Below are positions 1 through 12,647 of a stretch of DNA of 64,000 bases, one piece after another. The notes beneath the pieces are model-generated. The model was not told where the DNA came from and ran no database searches. It worked only from the letters and a program-made list of their open reading frames with translations. The translations under genes were made by a program, and so were the position numbers. How positions within the stretch are numbered: the stretch's first letter is position 1; each line of letters begins with the position of its first letter. Source of the DNA: Bilabrum cf. latius (Eukaryota); NCBI GenBank assembly GCA_965178125.1, contig OZ237761.1, positions 372,001 through 436,000 of the forward strand. The letters are read 5' to 3'.

Positions 1-189
1 ATTTTTGTCGTTCTTGGCCCTCTGCCGCCCTCCACGCCATGTGCCTCCGAGGGAGGCCCGAGCCAAGGAGAGGGCGGGGCCGCCGTGCGGCGGGATCGCG
101 CCGAGGAACGTGGGCGACTGCGGATATCGCTGGACAGTCACAGTCTCGCTTGCATCCTGGCGGTGGCGCCCCGCTCTGGCTGGTGTCTC

Positions 190-470
190 GGGCCGTGTCT
201 CGGGCCGGCTGTTCGGCAAACATCCTCGCATCGAATGATCAGGAGAATGAGAGCTCATGCATGGGCTACGAATGCATCAGTTGCAGAAGCGTGAGCCAGG
301 CTCCCGTCCCGGCGAGTGCGAGGGCATCCGAATTGGCCTCTCTGCCCGCGCTGTGTCACTTCAGATACCTCTGCATCCGGCGTAGGTGAGTGTGCCACAC
401 CCCACACCGCTGAGGAGGCAACATGAACAAGACACGCTGTACGGCAAAGAACGCCTATGCCTCAAGTCTG
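190..470 (+). repeat. Interspersed repeat, copy 1 (diverged)
   Basis: Aligns by eye with 8830-9130 (ccgtgtctcgggccggctgttcg...catgaacaag.cacgc.gt.cggcaaaga) and with 2303-2465. Boundaries approximate. Confidence 0.75.
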
Positions 471-943
471 CGCCATAACGGTGCGGCCACAGCGCCAGCC
501 AGAGCGGGGCGCCGCCGTCAGGATGTAGCAAGATTATCCTTCACCTTTTGATGATTTAGCAGTCGCCCACGCTTCGTCGAGTCATGCGCGATTCAGACAT
601 GGTGCCCCGCCTGGGGACAGACAGATCTGTTCAAATTTATACGCTTGTCTCGCTATCAGTCACACTTGCGATTCTTCCGAGGACGGCATCTAGATGTAGG
701 GATGAATTCCCTCCCCGGCACTTCCACGCGTTCAACATCGTATGTGCCTCGTCCACCCCAGCAGCCCCGCCTGCTTCGTCCATTGCGCCGTCCTTTCATG
801 CCTTTTGCGGCCATCTACACCACGCCACACGACTGGTCCACTCTCCAAAGCGCCGCATCCCGCGCGCAGCCTCAGCTACCGAGGCGCAAGCCCCTCGCGC
901 ACGCTCCGACATCAGAGAAGCGCCGCACGAGCCGAACCCACCA

Positions 944-2150
944 TCACCGCTCCCGCTTGCGCTGCCCCGGTGCACCGTTAGCAGACTTGTTGCCACCACG
1001 TTCCAAGAACATGGACAGCTGCCCTGGTGGTGGTGGGCCAAACATTCGCTTGGCCACAGCCGCCGCAGCCGCGGCGGTTGCCACTGCCACACTCCGAGAA
1101 CCGACGTGCCTCTTCTCGGCCGCTACAATCATCTCGTCCGCGTACGTCTCTCCAGTGCGGGGGTTGTTCGACCACGCTAGCCTCTGGAAGTCCAAGGACA
1201 TGTACTGCGGCACGCTGTCCTTGAGCGCATCTGCCGGTCGCCGAAGTGCCTTGAGAAGGAACCCTTTCCAGCCGAAGGTTGTACCGTTGTTCTTGACTCT
1301 GACCTCTCGCTCGATCTCGGCCAGGCAGGTCTGCACCCGAAGCACCGCTTCTGGATTCTCCGGGACGCCCATGTTCCCCCAGGCCTTGCGGCGCTTTGTC
1401 TCTGTCCCGTAGCTGCAGTCCTGCTCTACGAACAAGCCAGAGCTCTGAGCAAGCTCCACGACCCTTTCCGCGAGAGAGACACACTCCCGAAATCCGCGAT
1501 TCCCAGCTAGAAGGTTCTGAAGATCGCAACCGACAGGACGGGCGGGATCCATCTCCTCCGCGAGCATTGCCGGGGCACTGCTGCTAGCAACGGCGGACGA
1601 TGAGGCTGACGACGAGGCTGACGACGAGGCTGATGACGAGGCTGCTCCGACGGCCGACGCACCTCCACTTGCGGCGCTTTCCTCGGAACCTCTCTGATCG
1701 CGAACGCGCCCGGACGCGTCCTCGCACAGCCGCAGCACAGCCCCTGCTGCGGCTCCAGAGGCGTGATCGATGCGATACTGCGCCAACAAGTTCTTGATCC
1801 CGCCTTCTGTGATTGTGCTGCCGTCCCGCGCGCAGCAACGAGACAAGCTTGGTCCTTGGCACGATCATCACGATTGCTCGGGCCATGCTCCGCGCCGTGG
1901 TCTGCTTGGATGCAGCTTGGTGGTCGCGCAAGCTCACCATCGCGAGCGCTTTGCCAGCTTCGCTGCCCATCGCTCGCACGAGCTTCGCAAGCATGTCTTG
2001 ATTTGCGCGCACCGCTTGCAGGGCTCGGTAGACAGGCCGCCGCTCTGCGCCTAGGAGCCGTGCCAGGCTCCCGTACGAGATGCAGTTCTGCTGCACCCAC
2101 TCTCGAACTTCTGTTGTGTGATGCGCCGCTAGCTCGTCTGCCTCCTTGGA
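944..2150 (-). pseudogene. Hypothetical protein gene with an apparent frameshift near 1830; N-terminal part HTH-like
   Basis: ORF 2096-1584 (SYGSLARLLGAERRPVYRALQAV...KLVSLLRA) appears to continue in another frame as ORF 1846-944 (DGSTITEGGIKNLLAQYRI...). No clear start. Could be a pseudogene, an unseen intron or a sequence error. Confidence 0.35.
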
Positions 2151-2302
2151 ATGAAAACCAACAATCTACCGAGCACTGTCAGTACTCAGTGAGAGGTTTC
2201 CGCAAGAGCCGCCGTCGAACGATCCGCCGCCGTCGCGTAAGAGGTGCCCTGAGCCTGCTCCGCGGTACCCAGTGCGAGGAATCCTGCAGCAGCGAGGAAT
2301 CC

Positions 2303-2780
2303 CTCCCGTCGAACGCAAAGGTATGAGGCTCCTGCCCCGCGCTGTGCCACTCCAGACACCTCCTGCGTGGGTGAGGGAGCCACACCTCACACCGCCGGGA
2401 ATGGGAGCATGAACAAGGCACGCCGTGCGGCAAAGACCGCGTTTGAATTACGCTTCAAGTCTCCACCATTCCGGGGCGGCTGGATAGGCCGCATTCCCAA
2501 ACAAAAATGCTGGCACAGGCCTAGACTCCGAGGTGCCGCCCCTCGCTACTGCTCGCTCTCTTGCGTCGTCGGATCTGATCAGTGATCACCTCTGATGCGA
2601 GCATCTCCCAAGTACTACACTTCGATTGACTTGTCCGATTTTTGTTCGGCTTGACTGTTCATAATTTTGAATTTAGGTGTTTGGGTGGTGCGTCCCCCGG
2701 CCCAGCCACTGTGGTGGTGCCAGTGGCCCTGTGGTGGTGCAATGGCCCTGTGGTGGTGCAATGGCCCTGTGGTGGTGCAA
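2303..2780 (+). repeat. Interspersed repeat, copy 2, ending in a 19-bp minisatellite
   Basis: 2329-2524 is nearly identical to 8996-9191; 2663-2725 matches 9253-9315; unit ctgtggtggtgcaatggcc occurs about 4 times at 2709-2780. Confidence 0.9.
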
Positions 2781-3670
2781 CGGCATTTTTCGGCTCGACT
2801 GCTTTTGTGATTTTCGTGTTTGACGGATGCGCACTTGGTGAAGACTCCGAGTTCGGTTGCTTGGACGGTGGCAGCGGCCTCAGGTTAGAGGGGTCATAGA
2901 ATGATAGTTAGGCAGCAATGCCTTGAGACTGAAAGGCGGGCAGTTCACTTATTTCTGGAGCAACGTATTCCAAATTTCAGCTCTGGCTTACTTACGTGCA
3001 CACAACAAATCAAGCGTGGACAGTGGGTGATCGCGTACGTCGCGCGCAGCTCCGAAGCAATTAAGTTGGACGAGGCGCTGAGAATCCGTTCGTTTGGGTG
3101 CTGCAGCCCCCCAGAGACGGCAAGGTGTAGGTCACCATCCCGGCGCCACCCGCGCAACAGTCGAAGCGAGCATGCGCATCCGGAATCCGGACAGACACCA
3201 CCTCGCCAGGGGACTGCTTGCCCTGGAGCGACCGAATAGCCAAGGTAATTTCGACACGATAGATGGCGGGTTCGCGTCATCATGTCTGGTGCCAGAGAAA
3301 ACGCGTAACCTCATCTTGAAATCAAATCAGACATAGCAAGACCTGACAAGGCTGTTCAAGTGCACAATCGTACCCGGAACCTGCCGGTAAGGGAATAGCA
3401 CGTGCACCACTCCGCCGAGGATAAGGGGGTTCTCCCGACACGTAGAGTGTATGCGCGTCATTTTCCTAAAGCGCAGCTGCAAGCAATTCGTTGCGGCAAT
3501 TCGCAACCAGTTGCACAACCAGTCCCAATCGCCAAATGGCCCCTGCGAGGTAGTCCCACCCTGGCATCAACACCGGACCCCACTCGGGCTTATTTCGTGG
3601 AAGGGATGATTAAATCGTCGCCGGGCGTCCCACTGGATGCGGGCAGCCCGGGCTGGTCAAGGCCCCTGCA

Positions 3671-6600
3671 TCAGACGGTTTCTGCCATCGCGGCAGCACC
3701 TTTATCACTGCTTCCAGCGGTTGGGTGGGCGCTGGCTCCCACAGCGTCGCCTGCAGTGCGCGTCGCTGCGTCCTGGCCGGCACTGCCCTCCGAATCGCCT
3801 GCGGCAGTTGGAGCAGCGCCGCCTCCGAGCAGGGCACCGCCGCTGCCAGTGCGGTGAAGAGGGTTGGAGCGCTTGACCTCTCTCTCCGATGCTTGGTTCC
3901 ATTCGCGGTCGAGGATGGGTCCGGTGCTGCCCCTGCGGCCGGCTGCACCATCGAGCTTGCCGTTTGCACAGTGAGGCTCCTTCCCTGAGTCTTTGCCAAA
4001 CATGTCGTTCAGCTAGGCAAAACTCAGCTTCCTGTTGGAGCCATTGCCGCCTTTGCCAATCTCCTTCTGCTTCTTGCGCTTCTTGCGCTCCTCGCGCTCC
4101 TCCGCCAGAGCCTTCAGCTCTGTCGCTGCTGAGTCGAGCGTCTCGTCGTCGTCGTCCTGCACGAGCTTGCCCACGATCAGCGCAGTGTTCTTCGACTCGA
4201 CCCGCCGGCCGGCGAGCTGAAACGTCTTGAGGATGCCTACCACGGCTCCCAGGGCGCCGATCACCACTGCGGAGAAACCGCCGATCGCGCCCGGGGCCGC
4301 AAGCAGGCTGAATCGGCGGCGATACTCGGTGACGTGGATGGTGCCGGCCAGGTTAAGTCGCATGCACCAGGGCGCTTCGTCCAGGCACGGGCGGGCCTCG
4401 ATTTCGGTGTCGCGCGCCCGAGCGAGGAACGCAGTGCTAGTGCCTGCGTCGGCGTCCGTCACGAGCTACGCCTGCAGTGATGCGGCAAATACAGCCTCGA
4501 CACGTCCACCCTCACGAACCCTGGACGCAGGAAGCGCGCCCTCATCGACCTTCATACCCAGGCGCCCTCCGGGGCTCGCCTCTCCGACAGGGACGCGGAT
4601 CCAGCCGGTGCGGAGGGGCAGCGACACGAGGAACTGGGGTGGCAGAGCCGGAACGTCACCGATCCCGCGCTCTGCCTAGTTCTCGAACGCTAGCTGCACC
4701 TAGAGGCTGCTGATGGACCCCACGTCCCTCACAAATTCGTACAGGCCTTTTCGGATGGTTCCTCCGTAGTACAGCACGCGCGACTGGTCCGTAATCACGG
4801 TTGAGATGTCTGCCGAATAGTCAATGACATCACTGTCATCCATGATAGTGTGGTCCAGGGCAGCGAAGCCAGCCAAGGGAGCCATCGCAATCGCAGGTGC
4901 AGGTGATGGACCGACGACCAGCTGCGACCTCACTGGGTCAATCCTCAACGTGTTGTCGTCTCCTGAGCTGACGAAGGCCCAGCGCATCCCAGCGTCCTGG
5001 TACTCGTCCGGCACCATGGCGGAGACAGCGACTGACGGTGATGTAGAGGTGTCCCCACGAGAGGGAAGCACTGGTCGCACTGAGAGACCGTCTTCCTGAA
5101 TGTGCAGCCAAGCCTGGCTCGAAGGGGCGCCGTCCACCATCGCCGCCAAAATAGCATCTGCGTCTTCGGCCGGCATGGAATCCTGCACTCGTCGCTCACC
5201 TGCATCATCCATGGAGAGCCCAGGCACCGCTGCAGCCAGAAATCTCCTCGGCGACGTAAGGCTGAAGCCAGCATCGAATGCGCTATCCGACCTGCGCAGC
5301 ACAACGGCCGAAGCGCCCTCAATGCTGCTGGACCCATCCACAAGACGGGATAGGACGCTGCCTATGGCTCGAGCATCCATCACTTCTCCCACAACATGGG
5401 ACGCCATACTATCGTCAGGTACATAGTACGCAGTGGCTATCACAGCCGTTCCTGCGGGAGTGACGATCATCTCCGTCGTCTAAGTCCCCGCCGGGCCTGC
5501 TTCAATCCTTGCCTTGGCATCCGCAGGCAGATTGGGCACGTCAGCCAGGACCCAGTAGTACTGCAGCTCGTCCGACTGTGGGCTGTACACAGACACTAGC
5601 ACTTGTCCCAGTAGCACCCGCGTAGCATCGCCGACCACGCAGCCATCCGTCTCGGTCCCGCAATCAATCCCCGAAGTTCCGCACAGAGCCGCAGATGCAT
5701 TGCCGTGGACGGCAAGCATTACCACGATGTCGCCAGTCTCGTTGTTCACGGTAACGTTTGGGGTGCCCACCAGCGTGGGTATGGTGTAGTCATTGTCCAG
5801 CTTCGTGTTGACGAGCAGCTGCATGCCAGAGCAACCCGAGTCCGCGGCCTGCATGCGACCCGAAACGGCATCCATGAACGAGCTCTCGCTCGCTTGGACG
5901 TACTGCCAGTCTGCGCCGGCCTCCGACGAGAATGCCGTCAGTGTCTCTACACTGACCAAAGTGGCCTCCGGGTAGGACCATTCCTCGCCAAGGGCCTTTG
6001 GTCCCGACACGTATTCCTGCTGCACCACCGTGGCATGCACCACCAGGCCGCCGCGTCCCCTCCGATCTGGCGCCACCACGATGCTCGTGGCCTGCTCGGC
6101 GCACCCAGTGGTCGGGCCGCAGTCCCTCTCCCCGTAGGACCTGCCCTGGGCCACCATGACCACGCGGCCAAGCTTGGGGTCAAAAACGACATCCCTGCGG
6201 AAGCGAGTCACGGGACTGAGGCAGAATTCCCCACTACCGCCATCGTTCTGCGACCCGCAGTTGTCGAAAAGATCTGACTTAGTCCAGACGTTCATTGGGA
6301 CGCCGTCGCGGTTGATGTGCAGATTGTATTTTATTCCGATGGCCGCGAGGTTAGAAACAGCCCCGTGTATGGCTGGCCCTGAGATCCAGCCGTAATTGGA
6401 CATCGGCACCATGTCACCCACAGCCAGCCCGCCGGCGCTCGCCCCGAGAGCTGCCGTCGTGGCAAGGCGAATCCTCCCGCCAGACCGGATGGTATCGTCT
6501 ATATCAAAGAACTGAGATGAAGTCCACAGGTCACCTTCGAAGCCAACATACCGTGGGTTGTGAGGAGCATCGTCCACGTGCGGACTGTAGTCGACTATCA

Positions 6601-8512
6601 CCTGCATGCTGTCGAGCATGACCACCATGATGCGGTTCACAGGGATCGAAGTATACTCATTAGTGACCTTAATCTCTGCTTGCATGGCGATCGTCACCGG
6701 GCGTCCCTCTCTAGCTGCGTCCAGGTCATACACAAAATTGCTTGTGTGCTGCGTGTCGTTGCTGCGACCCTCCTTGATGGGCCACCCGTGGTTAGCCTCA
6801 GTGAGCGCGTTGGTGGTGCCGGGCTGCTGCCGGTGCCTGTTTGACTGCCAGTCGCACGTAAAAGCTCCGCTTTGTGCGTCTATGCGAACCAGCCGCAGCT
6901 CGTGCGCAGTCTCTCCCTCGTGTTCATACCTGCCATCGTATTCCACCAGCACCGCAGCTCCGGACTCGATCTCGCGCACCACGACCGATTGTACGTCCAT
7001 ACCAGCCTGCGTGAGCACGTTTTCGGGAGCAAGCCATGCCTCCCCCTGCTACACAAAGAGCCCTTGCTCGGTCGGGCGCACGTCGTACAGGACTCTCCCA
7101 GTGTTCAGGTTGGCTCGCACCATCCGCAGGGACTGCAAAGATTGCTCGATCAGGACAAGCTCGCTCGAGCCGAACGGACGTACTTCGGCCACATAACTGT
7201 CCTAGAAGTCATCAGAATTCTACTCATCGCTCCCTGGCAGCAGCTTGTAAGCCCCGTCTTGCAGTGCATACCACACTCCCGGCGAGCCTTCCCACACTGA
7301 GTCTGACTCCAAGGTGTCCAACCCTGGGATCATTCGGCTTGGGATGAGATCCGACCGCTTGGATCCTGTCGCAACGTCCAGCGTCACCCACCGCGGGCCA
7401 ACGCCGTCCATCACATGCGAATACATTTTAAGCACACCCCTGCTTGCCTGGAGGTTCACGATCGGACACCTGTCCAGTGCTGCGGCACCGTCTTGTGCGA
7501 AGGGAGCGTCTGCCACTGGAGAGTACTGCCAAACGATCTGGCCAGAAGCCGCGCTAACTGCAAAGGCCCTGCTCGCGTACGCACCCCCACTGCTGTAGTA
7601 ATCATCGCCAGCGTCTAGGTTTTGCAGCGACATGCACTCAACCGTGACATACAGCCGCTCTTTCCCAGTGCCTGCCGTCCCCTGCAGCACGCTCTAGCCA
7701 GTGCCGCTCAACTCAAGGCCGGACGGAATGACGAAGGCGTCTGGCCGAACGGTACTCGGGCCTCGGAGGAACGACTCGGCCGTCTCAAGGTTCCATACCG
7801 AAGGCAAGCCGTCCCGGATGTCTACCACCGTCTTGCTCTCATCTCGGATTTCAGCCGCAGTGAAGGCTGCTTCTAGCTCGATGCGGGCGATTTCCTGCGG
7901 AGGGGTCTACGACAGGTCCGCCAGCAGGAAGCGAGTCTGGTGGTCGTCTTCGTACAGCGCCCTGGTCAGGTCTGAAGAAACGTAATTTGGGCTGTAGCCC
8001 GCCGCGCCTAAGGGTCTCTGGATGGGTGATATCTCGAGGTACTCGTCGGACCCCCTGCACAGCGACACCGTCCCGAAATGTGACGAGGCGCCCAAGGCGT
8101 CGTCGCCGGGGCCCAGGGCGACCGCACCGCTGCTCTCTTCGGAGGCCGTCAGGTACTCTAGGAACATAATATCATCCGTGCTCTTGACCACGGACGAGTT
8201 GCGGTCGCTGCTCGACGAGGCTGGGAGCCAGTCGTTGGCGGCGATTGTCGCCGGGCCGAAGGCGCGCACGTAGTACCCCAGAGGCGAACGAGACAGCTGC
8301 AGGTCTTGGATCTGCTCGCACGTGCCAGGGTCTACATTCTGCTCGTTCTCCGTCGCGATGGCAGGCTCGGTGGTCTGTAGGACGAGCGTGATGGCGTACA
8401 CCAGCACAGCAATGACCCACGCAGCGGTGCTCACTACCCCTGCAACGGAGGCCGATCCGCTGTCAATTACTGTGTCCTGGAAGAAAAAATCAAGCCTGCG
8501 GGGATGAACCAT
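3671..8512 (-). CDS. ~1613-aa two-transmembrane protein with a very large ectodomain (TAG read as Gln)
   Basis: ORFs 8512-7907, 7690-7220, 7018-5480, 5470-4700, 4462-4013 and 4003-3671 share one frame and are separated only by TAG (about 10); ends in TGA. Hydrophobic segments near the N-terminus (GVVSTAAWVIAVLVYAITLVL) and C-terminus (FSLLAAPGAIGGFSAVVIGALGAVVGIL). Confidence 0.85.
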
Positions 8513-8829
8513 GAAAAAGCAGGGCAGAGACCGCCAAAAAGACGGTTGAAACGCTCGCTATTACATGATTATTCTTTGTGTTCCACGTTGCCAAGTTGCG
8601 CATCTCACCACAAAGATCCTCGCAAAAAGCTGAAAGCTTTTCCGATCATGCTATCGCTACCGTCTGGTCGTGAAGAACTCGCCATGGTCTCTGACCAATC
8701 GCCACCTGTCCGTCAGAGGAGGCCAACAACAAATCATCGTGTCAAATCGTATTTCATTTATCGCACGCAACTTACATAAAAGGAACGTTCCCGGTTGTGC
8801 TTCGCTGGCTAGCAGCACTGCAGTCTGCA

Positions 8830-9390
8830 GCGCCGTGTCTCGGGCCGGCTGTTCGAACGACATCCTTGCATCAAAGGGTCAGGAGGAGAGAGAGCCCATG
8901 ATGCATCATGATAGGCTACAAACGCATCAGGTGCAGACCGTCAAGCCAGGCCTCCCTCCCGGCGAACGCAAGGGTATGGCCCATACCGAATGGGACTCCT
9001 GCCCCGCGCTGTGCCATTCCAGACACCTACTGCGTGGGTGAGGGAGCCACACCTCACACCACTGGGAATGGGAGCATGAACAAGGCACGCCGTGCGGCAA
9101 AGACCGCGTTTGAATTACGCTTCAAGTCTCCACCATTCCGGGGCGGCTGGACAGGCTGCATTCCCAAACAAAAATGCTGGCACAGGCCTAGCCTGGATCC
9201 ACCCCAAGCGAGGCTCCGAAGCGCCGGCGATTTTTGCTCCGCTCGCCTTTTAAATTTTGAGTTTAGGTGTTTGGGTGGTGCGTCCCCCCGCCCGCCCACT
9301 GTGGTGGTGCCAGTGACCTTGGGGTGGTGGTGCCAGTGACCTTGGGGTGGTGGTGTCAGTGACCTTGGGGTGGTGGTGCCGGTGTCCCTG
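8830..9390 (+). repeat. Interspersed repeat, copy 3, ending in a 23-bp minisatellite
   Basis: Homologous to copies 1 and 2; unit gtggtggtgccagtgaccttggg occurs about 3.5 times at 9301-9380. Confidence 0.9.
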
Positions 9391-9920
9391 GGGTGATGCA
9401 GGCGTTTTGTTTCGTCTTTGGACGGCAAGCAAGAGCGTAAAGCCATATCCTTGTGCATCCTCCTCAGCCTTGGGCTCATCAGTCCGTCCTTGGGGTCTCC
9501 CCCAATTTGTCCACCTCTACGGACCAGCCACAAGGGTCGGCCATGCTGACAAAGACATTCCGGAGTCCGGAGACAAGGTTCTATATCTGGTTTGTTCGTC
9601 TCGATTGCCAGCCGCATGCTGACTCTCTCGAACAAACCCAGATGAATCAGTGGCATGGCATCGAGCTATGTTCACAAGCTATCGAGTGCTGTGCCGGGCT
9701 GGCCCATGCCGCACTATGGCTCGCACAAACCTGGTGTCGCGCCATCCTGGAATGGGTGGGCATCGACCGCGGCGGCCGTTTCAGTTTGTGGCGTGGGGTT
9801 TCACACGAACGTCGGGCCACCGCATCCGGCATTAAGTTGCCAAGTGGACCAGTCCAGCAAACGCGTCTGCAGCAAGGTATAGTCTCAAGCAGCGGAAGGG
9901 ATTCGATTCAGCTTTGAACG

Positions 9921-12647
9921 ATGTCGACAATCTCTTTGATGGTGGCTGCCTCAGCAGCTGCTGTAGCGGCCGACCTGACCTACTACGACGTTGCCGGCTC
10001 ACCCGGTCTGCAGGGTACCGCGTTTTCTAGCTCTTCTAAAGTGTCTCCGTTCGACCGGTTCCCTAAATCAGCGCAAGGCGTGGTCTCGGAATCGGTGTGG
10101 TCGCTAAGCAGGGATTCGGCTGGGCTCTTCTTTATGTTCGAGACTAACTCAACGTCGTTCGCGACTAACATTACGTACTTGTATAGTGATACTGAGATGT
10201 GGCACTTTCCATCCACGGGCGTCGCCGGCATGGACCTGTACCGGTGAGTCTGCAAGATAGCAAGATCGCGTGGCACGGTTGGAGCGCAAGCCTTTTTGCG
10301 TTCGATCTAAAGTCCCACAGAGCATTGGCACACATAACTGTTGCATGCGCTATGTGTTCAGTTTTGGTTGATGTCATCCACGATGTTTGGTGAACCACCT
10401 GAACGACGCACCGTTCTTCGTTTGCATCGCAGCTACGATGCCGAGAAAGCCTCGTACCGCTGGGTAGGAACGTCCCGGAACAATATCTACCCGCACAGCA
10501 CAAATGTACTCATTGATGGCTTGCCCACGACGCTCGGCCAGTACGTACTCTTCCTGCCGACGTACAACGCGCCTGTGCAGCTGCACGTCGGCGTCGACAC
10601 GGGCTCTGCGTTCCACCCGACCGACCTGAGCGCGCTGCCAGAGGCAAGCAAGCCGCCTTCCGTGTATCACTACGGCACTTCCATCCAGCAGGGAGCTGTG
10701 GCTTCCAGGCCGGGCATGGCGCACCTGAACCTCTACGCGAAGAACCTTGGCGTGATCGTGTACAACTTCGGCTTCTCCGGGCATGGCCTCATGGAGCTCT
10801 CTGTCGCGGAGCAGCTCGTGCATGGTGACCCGGTCCCCGACGCCGTGGTCATCGACTGCCTCCCGAACATGACCCCGCAGCAAGTCAGCGACCGGACGAT
10901 CCCTCTCGTGCACTACCTGCGCGCCAACCTGACCAACGGTGCCACGGTGCCCATCGTGCTGTCAGAGGGGACTACATACGGGCAGTACTGGCTGGGTAAC
11001 GGCACCGAGATCCACGACGTGCAGTCGGAGAAGCGGGCGGCCCTCCTTGCCCGTTTCGAGGAGCTCTCCCGGACGGACTCGAACCTCTACTACCAGCGCG
11101 GAGACGACCTCTTCTCTTCTGCTTTGCTCCAGGTATCCCCCACTGTGGGGGGCACGCACCCCACGGACGCGGGGATGACCTCCATGGCCGCGGGCTGGGA
11201 AGACACGCTGCGGCCTATCCTCGGCATGGAGTCAGGGAACAAGCCAGGGAACAAGAGGTCCCTGAAGGACACCCTGCTGGGCAAACCGGTGGACCACCCC
11301 AACCGAGTGGCCGCGCGCGCCACGGCGCATCCCGTGGCAGCTGGCTCGTCCTACAGCGAGTCCACGGATCCGGCCGCGATCGTGCCTGCTGGGTACGCGA
11401 CGCGTGCTACCTATGACCGGGCGAGGGAGTCTCACTCGGCGATTCTGCGGGACACCGTTGGCTCCACCGACCTCGACGTGGTGCAGGGGAAGTTGGCCCG
11501 GGCGAGCGCTCGCTCTCCCGACGGTCTCAAAGAATCGGTGGCCGCTGACGCCAAGTACGTCCCCATGATCTCTCTGACAATGTCTGGCCGCGGATTTGTC
11601 GGCACGTCCGGATCGGGCGCGCCACCCACTCCCTTCAACCGCCTGCCCGCCGATGCAGCCGGCGTGGTACCCGCCGAGGTGGAGTCCCTTAGTAACATGT
11701 CCACCGGGGTGAGGATCGGCTTTTAGACGAACTCCACGTCTATCGCTGTGGACTACACCCTCGGGCTGCCCGCCGAGCCCCTGTGGCACATGCCCGTGTC
11801 TGGAACGGCGGGCATGGACCTGTACCGGTGGGACCCGCTCATGGAGCTGTGGCGCTTCGTGTCGTGCGTCACCAGCTTCCCGCGCGCGGGCGACAACCAG
11901 GTCAAGCAGACCATCGCCGTGGGTCTCCCCCAGCAGCCCGACGGCTCCCTCAGCCGCTACCTGCTGCACATGCCTCTCAGGAACTTCCCGCTCGGAGACG
12001 CGGCGCTCGGCGTGGACCAGGATGCAGCGGTTGAGCCGGACCAGGCCTTCCCTCCGCTATCCAAAGGGGGTGCCATCGTATGGTGGGGCACCTCGATCGA
12101 CCAGGGGGGCGTGGCAGCGAGGCCAGGCGACACCTACACGAACATAATCGCGAGGAGGACAGGCAGGGATGTTATCAACCTGGGCTTCGCGGGCAACGGC
12201 AAGATGCAGCCTTCCGTGGTGCCGTTTATTGCCGCTGCCGTGAAGGAGCCGGGTCTCATCGGCATCGACTGCAACCCTAACCTTGGGCCGAGCGCCGTCG
12301 CGAACCTGACCGTGCCAGCGGTGCGCTCGATGCGGGCTCACAACCAGCAGGACACGCCCATCGTGCTAGCAGAAGGCACCACGTACGGCGACACCTGGAT
12401 CGGTGGTGAGACCCAGTTCCAGAAGCGCGCCGCGCTACGCAGCGCCTACGAGCAGCTGGTGGCCGCAGGCGACGACAAGCTGCACTACGTGTTCGGAGAC
12501 AACCTCTTTGCCACGCATGCTGGCGACTTCCGCGCCGCTACCTTCACCAATCCGACTGTGGGCGGGACGCACCCGAGCTCGCTCGGGCACCGCGAGGTGG
12601 GGTATTACTACATGAACGTGCTGCCCGGCTGGTGCAGGGATGCCTGA
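9921..12647 (+). CDS. Secreted tandem SGNH/GDSL hydrolase, 2 x (GxDLY N-terminal domain + GDSL_3-type catalytic domain), ~845 aa
   Basis: Signal-peptide-like N-terminus; two copies each of GMDLYR, (Y/W)GTSI, N(F/L)GF(S/A)G(H/N)G, DC(L/N)PN and TVGGTHP. Intron 10244-10432 (gtgagt...cgcag) restores DLYRYD. One in-frame TAG at 11724; TGA stop. Confidence 0.9.

Noticed and set aside
2790-3660. Possible genes in ORFs 2901-3239 and 3402-3857
   Set aside because: No recognisable motifs; the latter overlaps the end of the 2-TM gene on the opposite strand.
2709-9380. CRISPR-like arrays at the GTGGTGGTGC repeats
   Set aside because: The units are contiguous tandem repeats without unique spacers; no cas genes; eukaryotic context.
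2303-9390. LTR retrotransposon
   Set aside because: The direct repeats have unrelated internal spacers, no clear TG...CA ends or TSD, and the interior encodes no gag, RT or integrase.
9420-9656. Minus-strand CLCQHGRP resembling the MutL/PMS2 CPHGRP motif
   Set aside because: An isolated short match with no other MutL motifs; the ORF runs into the repeat element.
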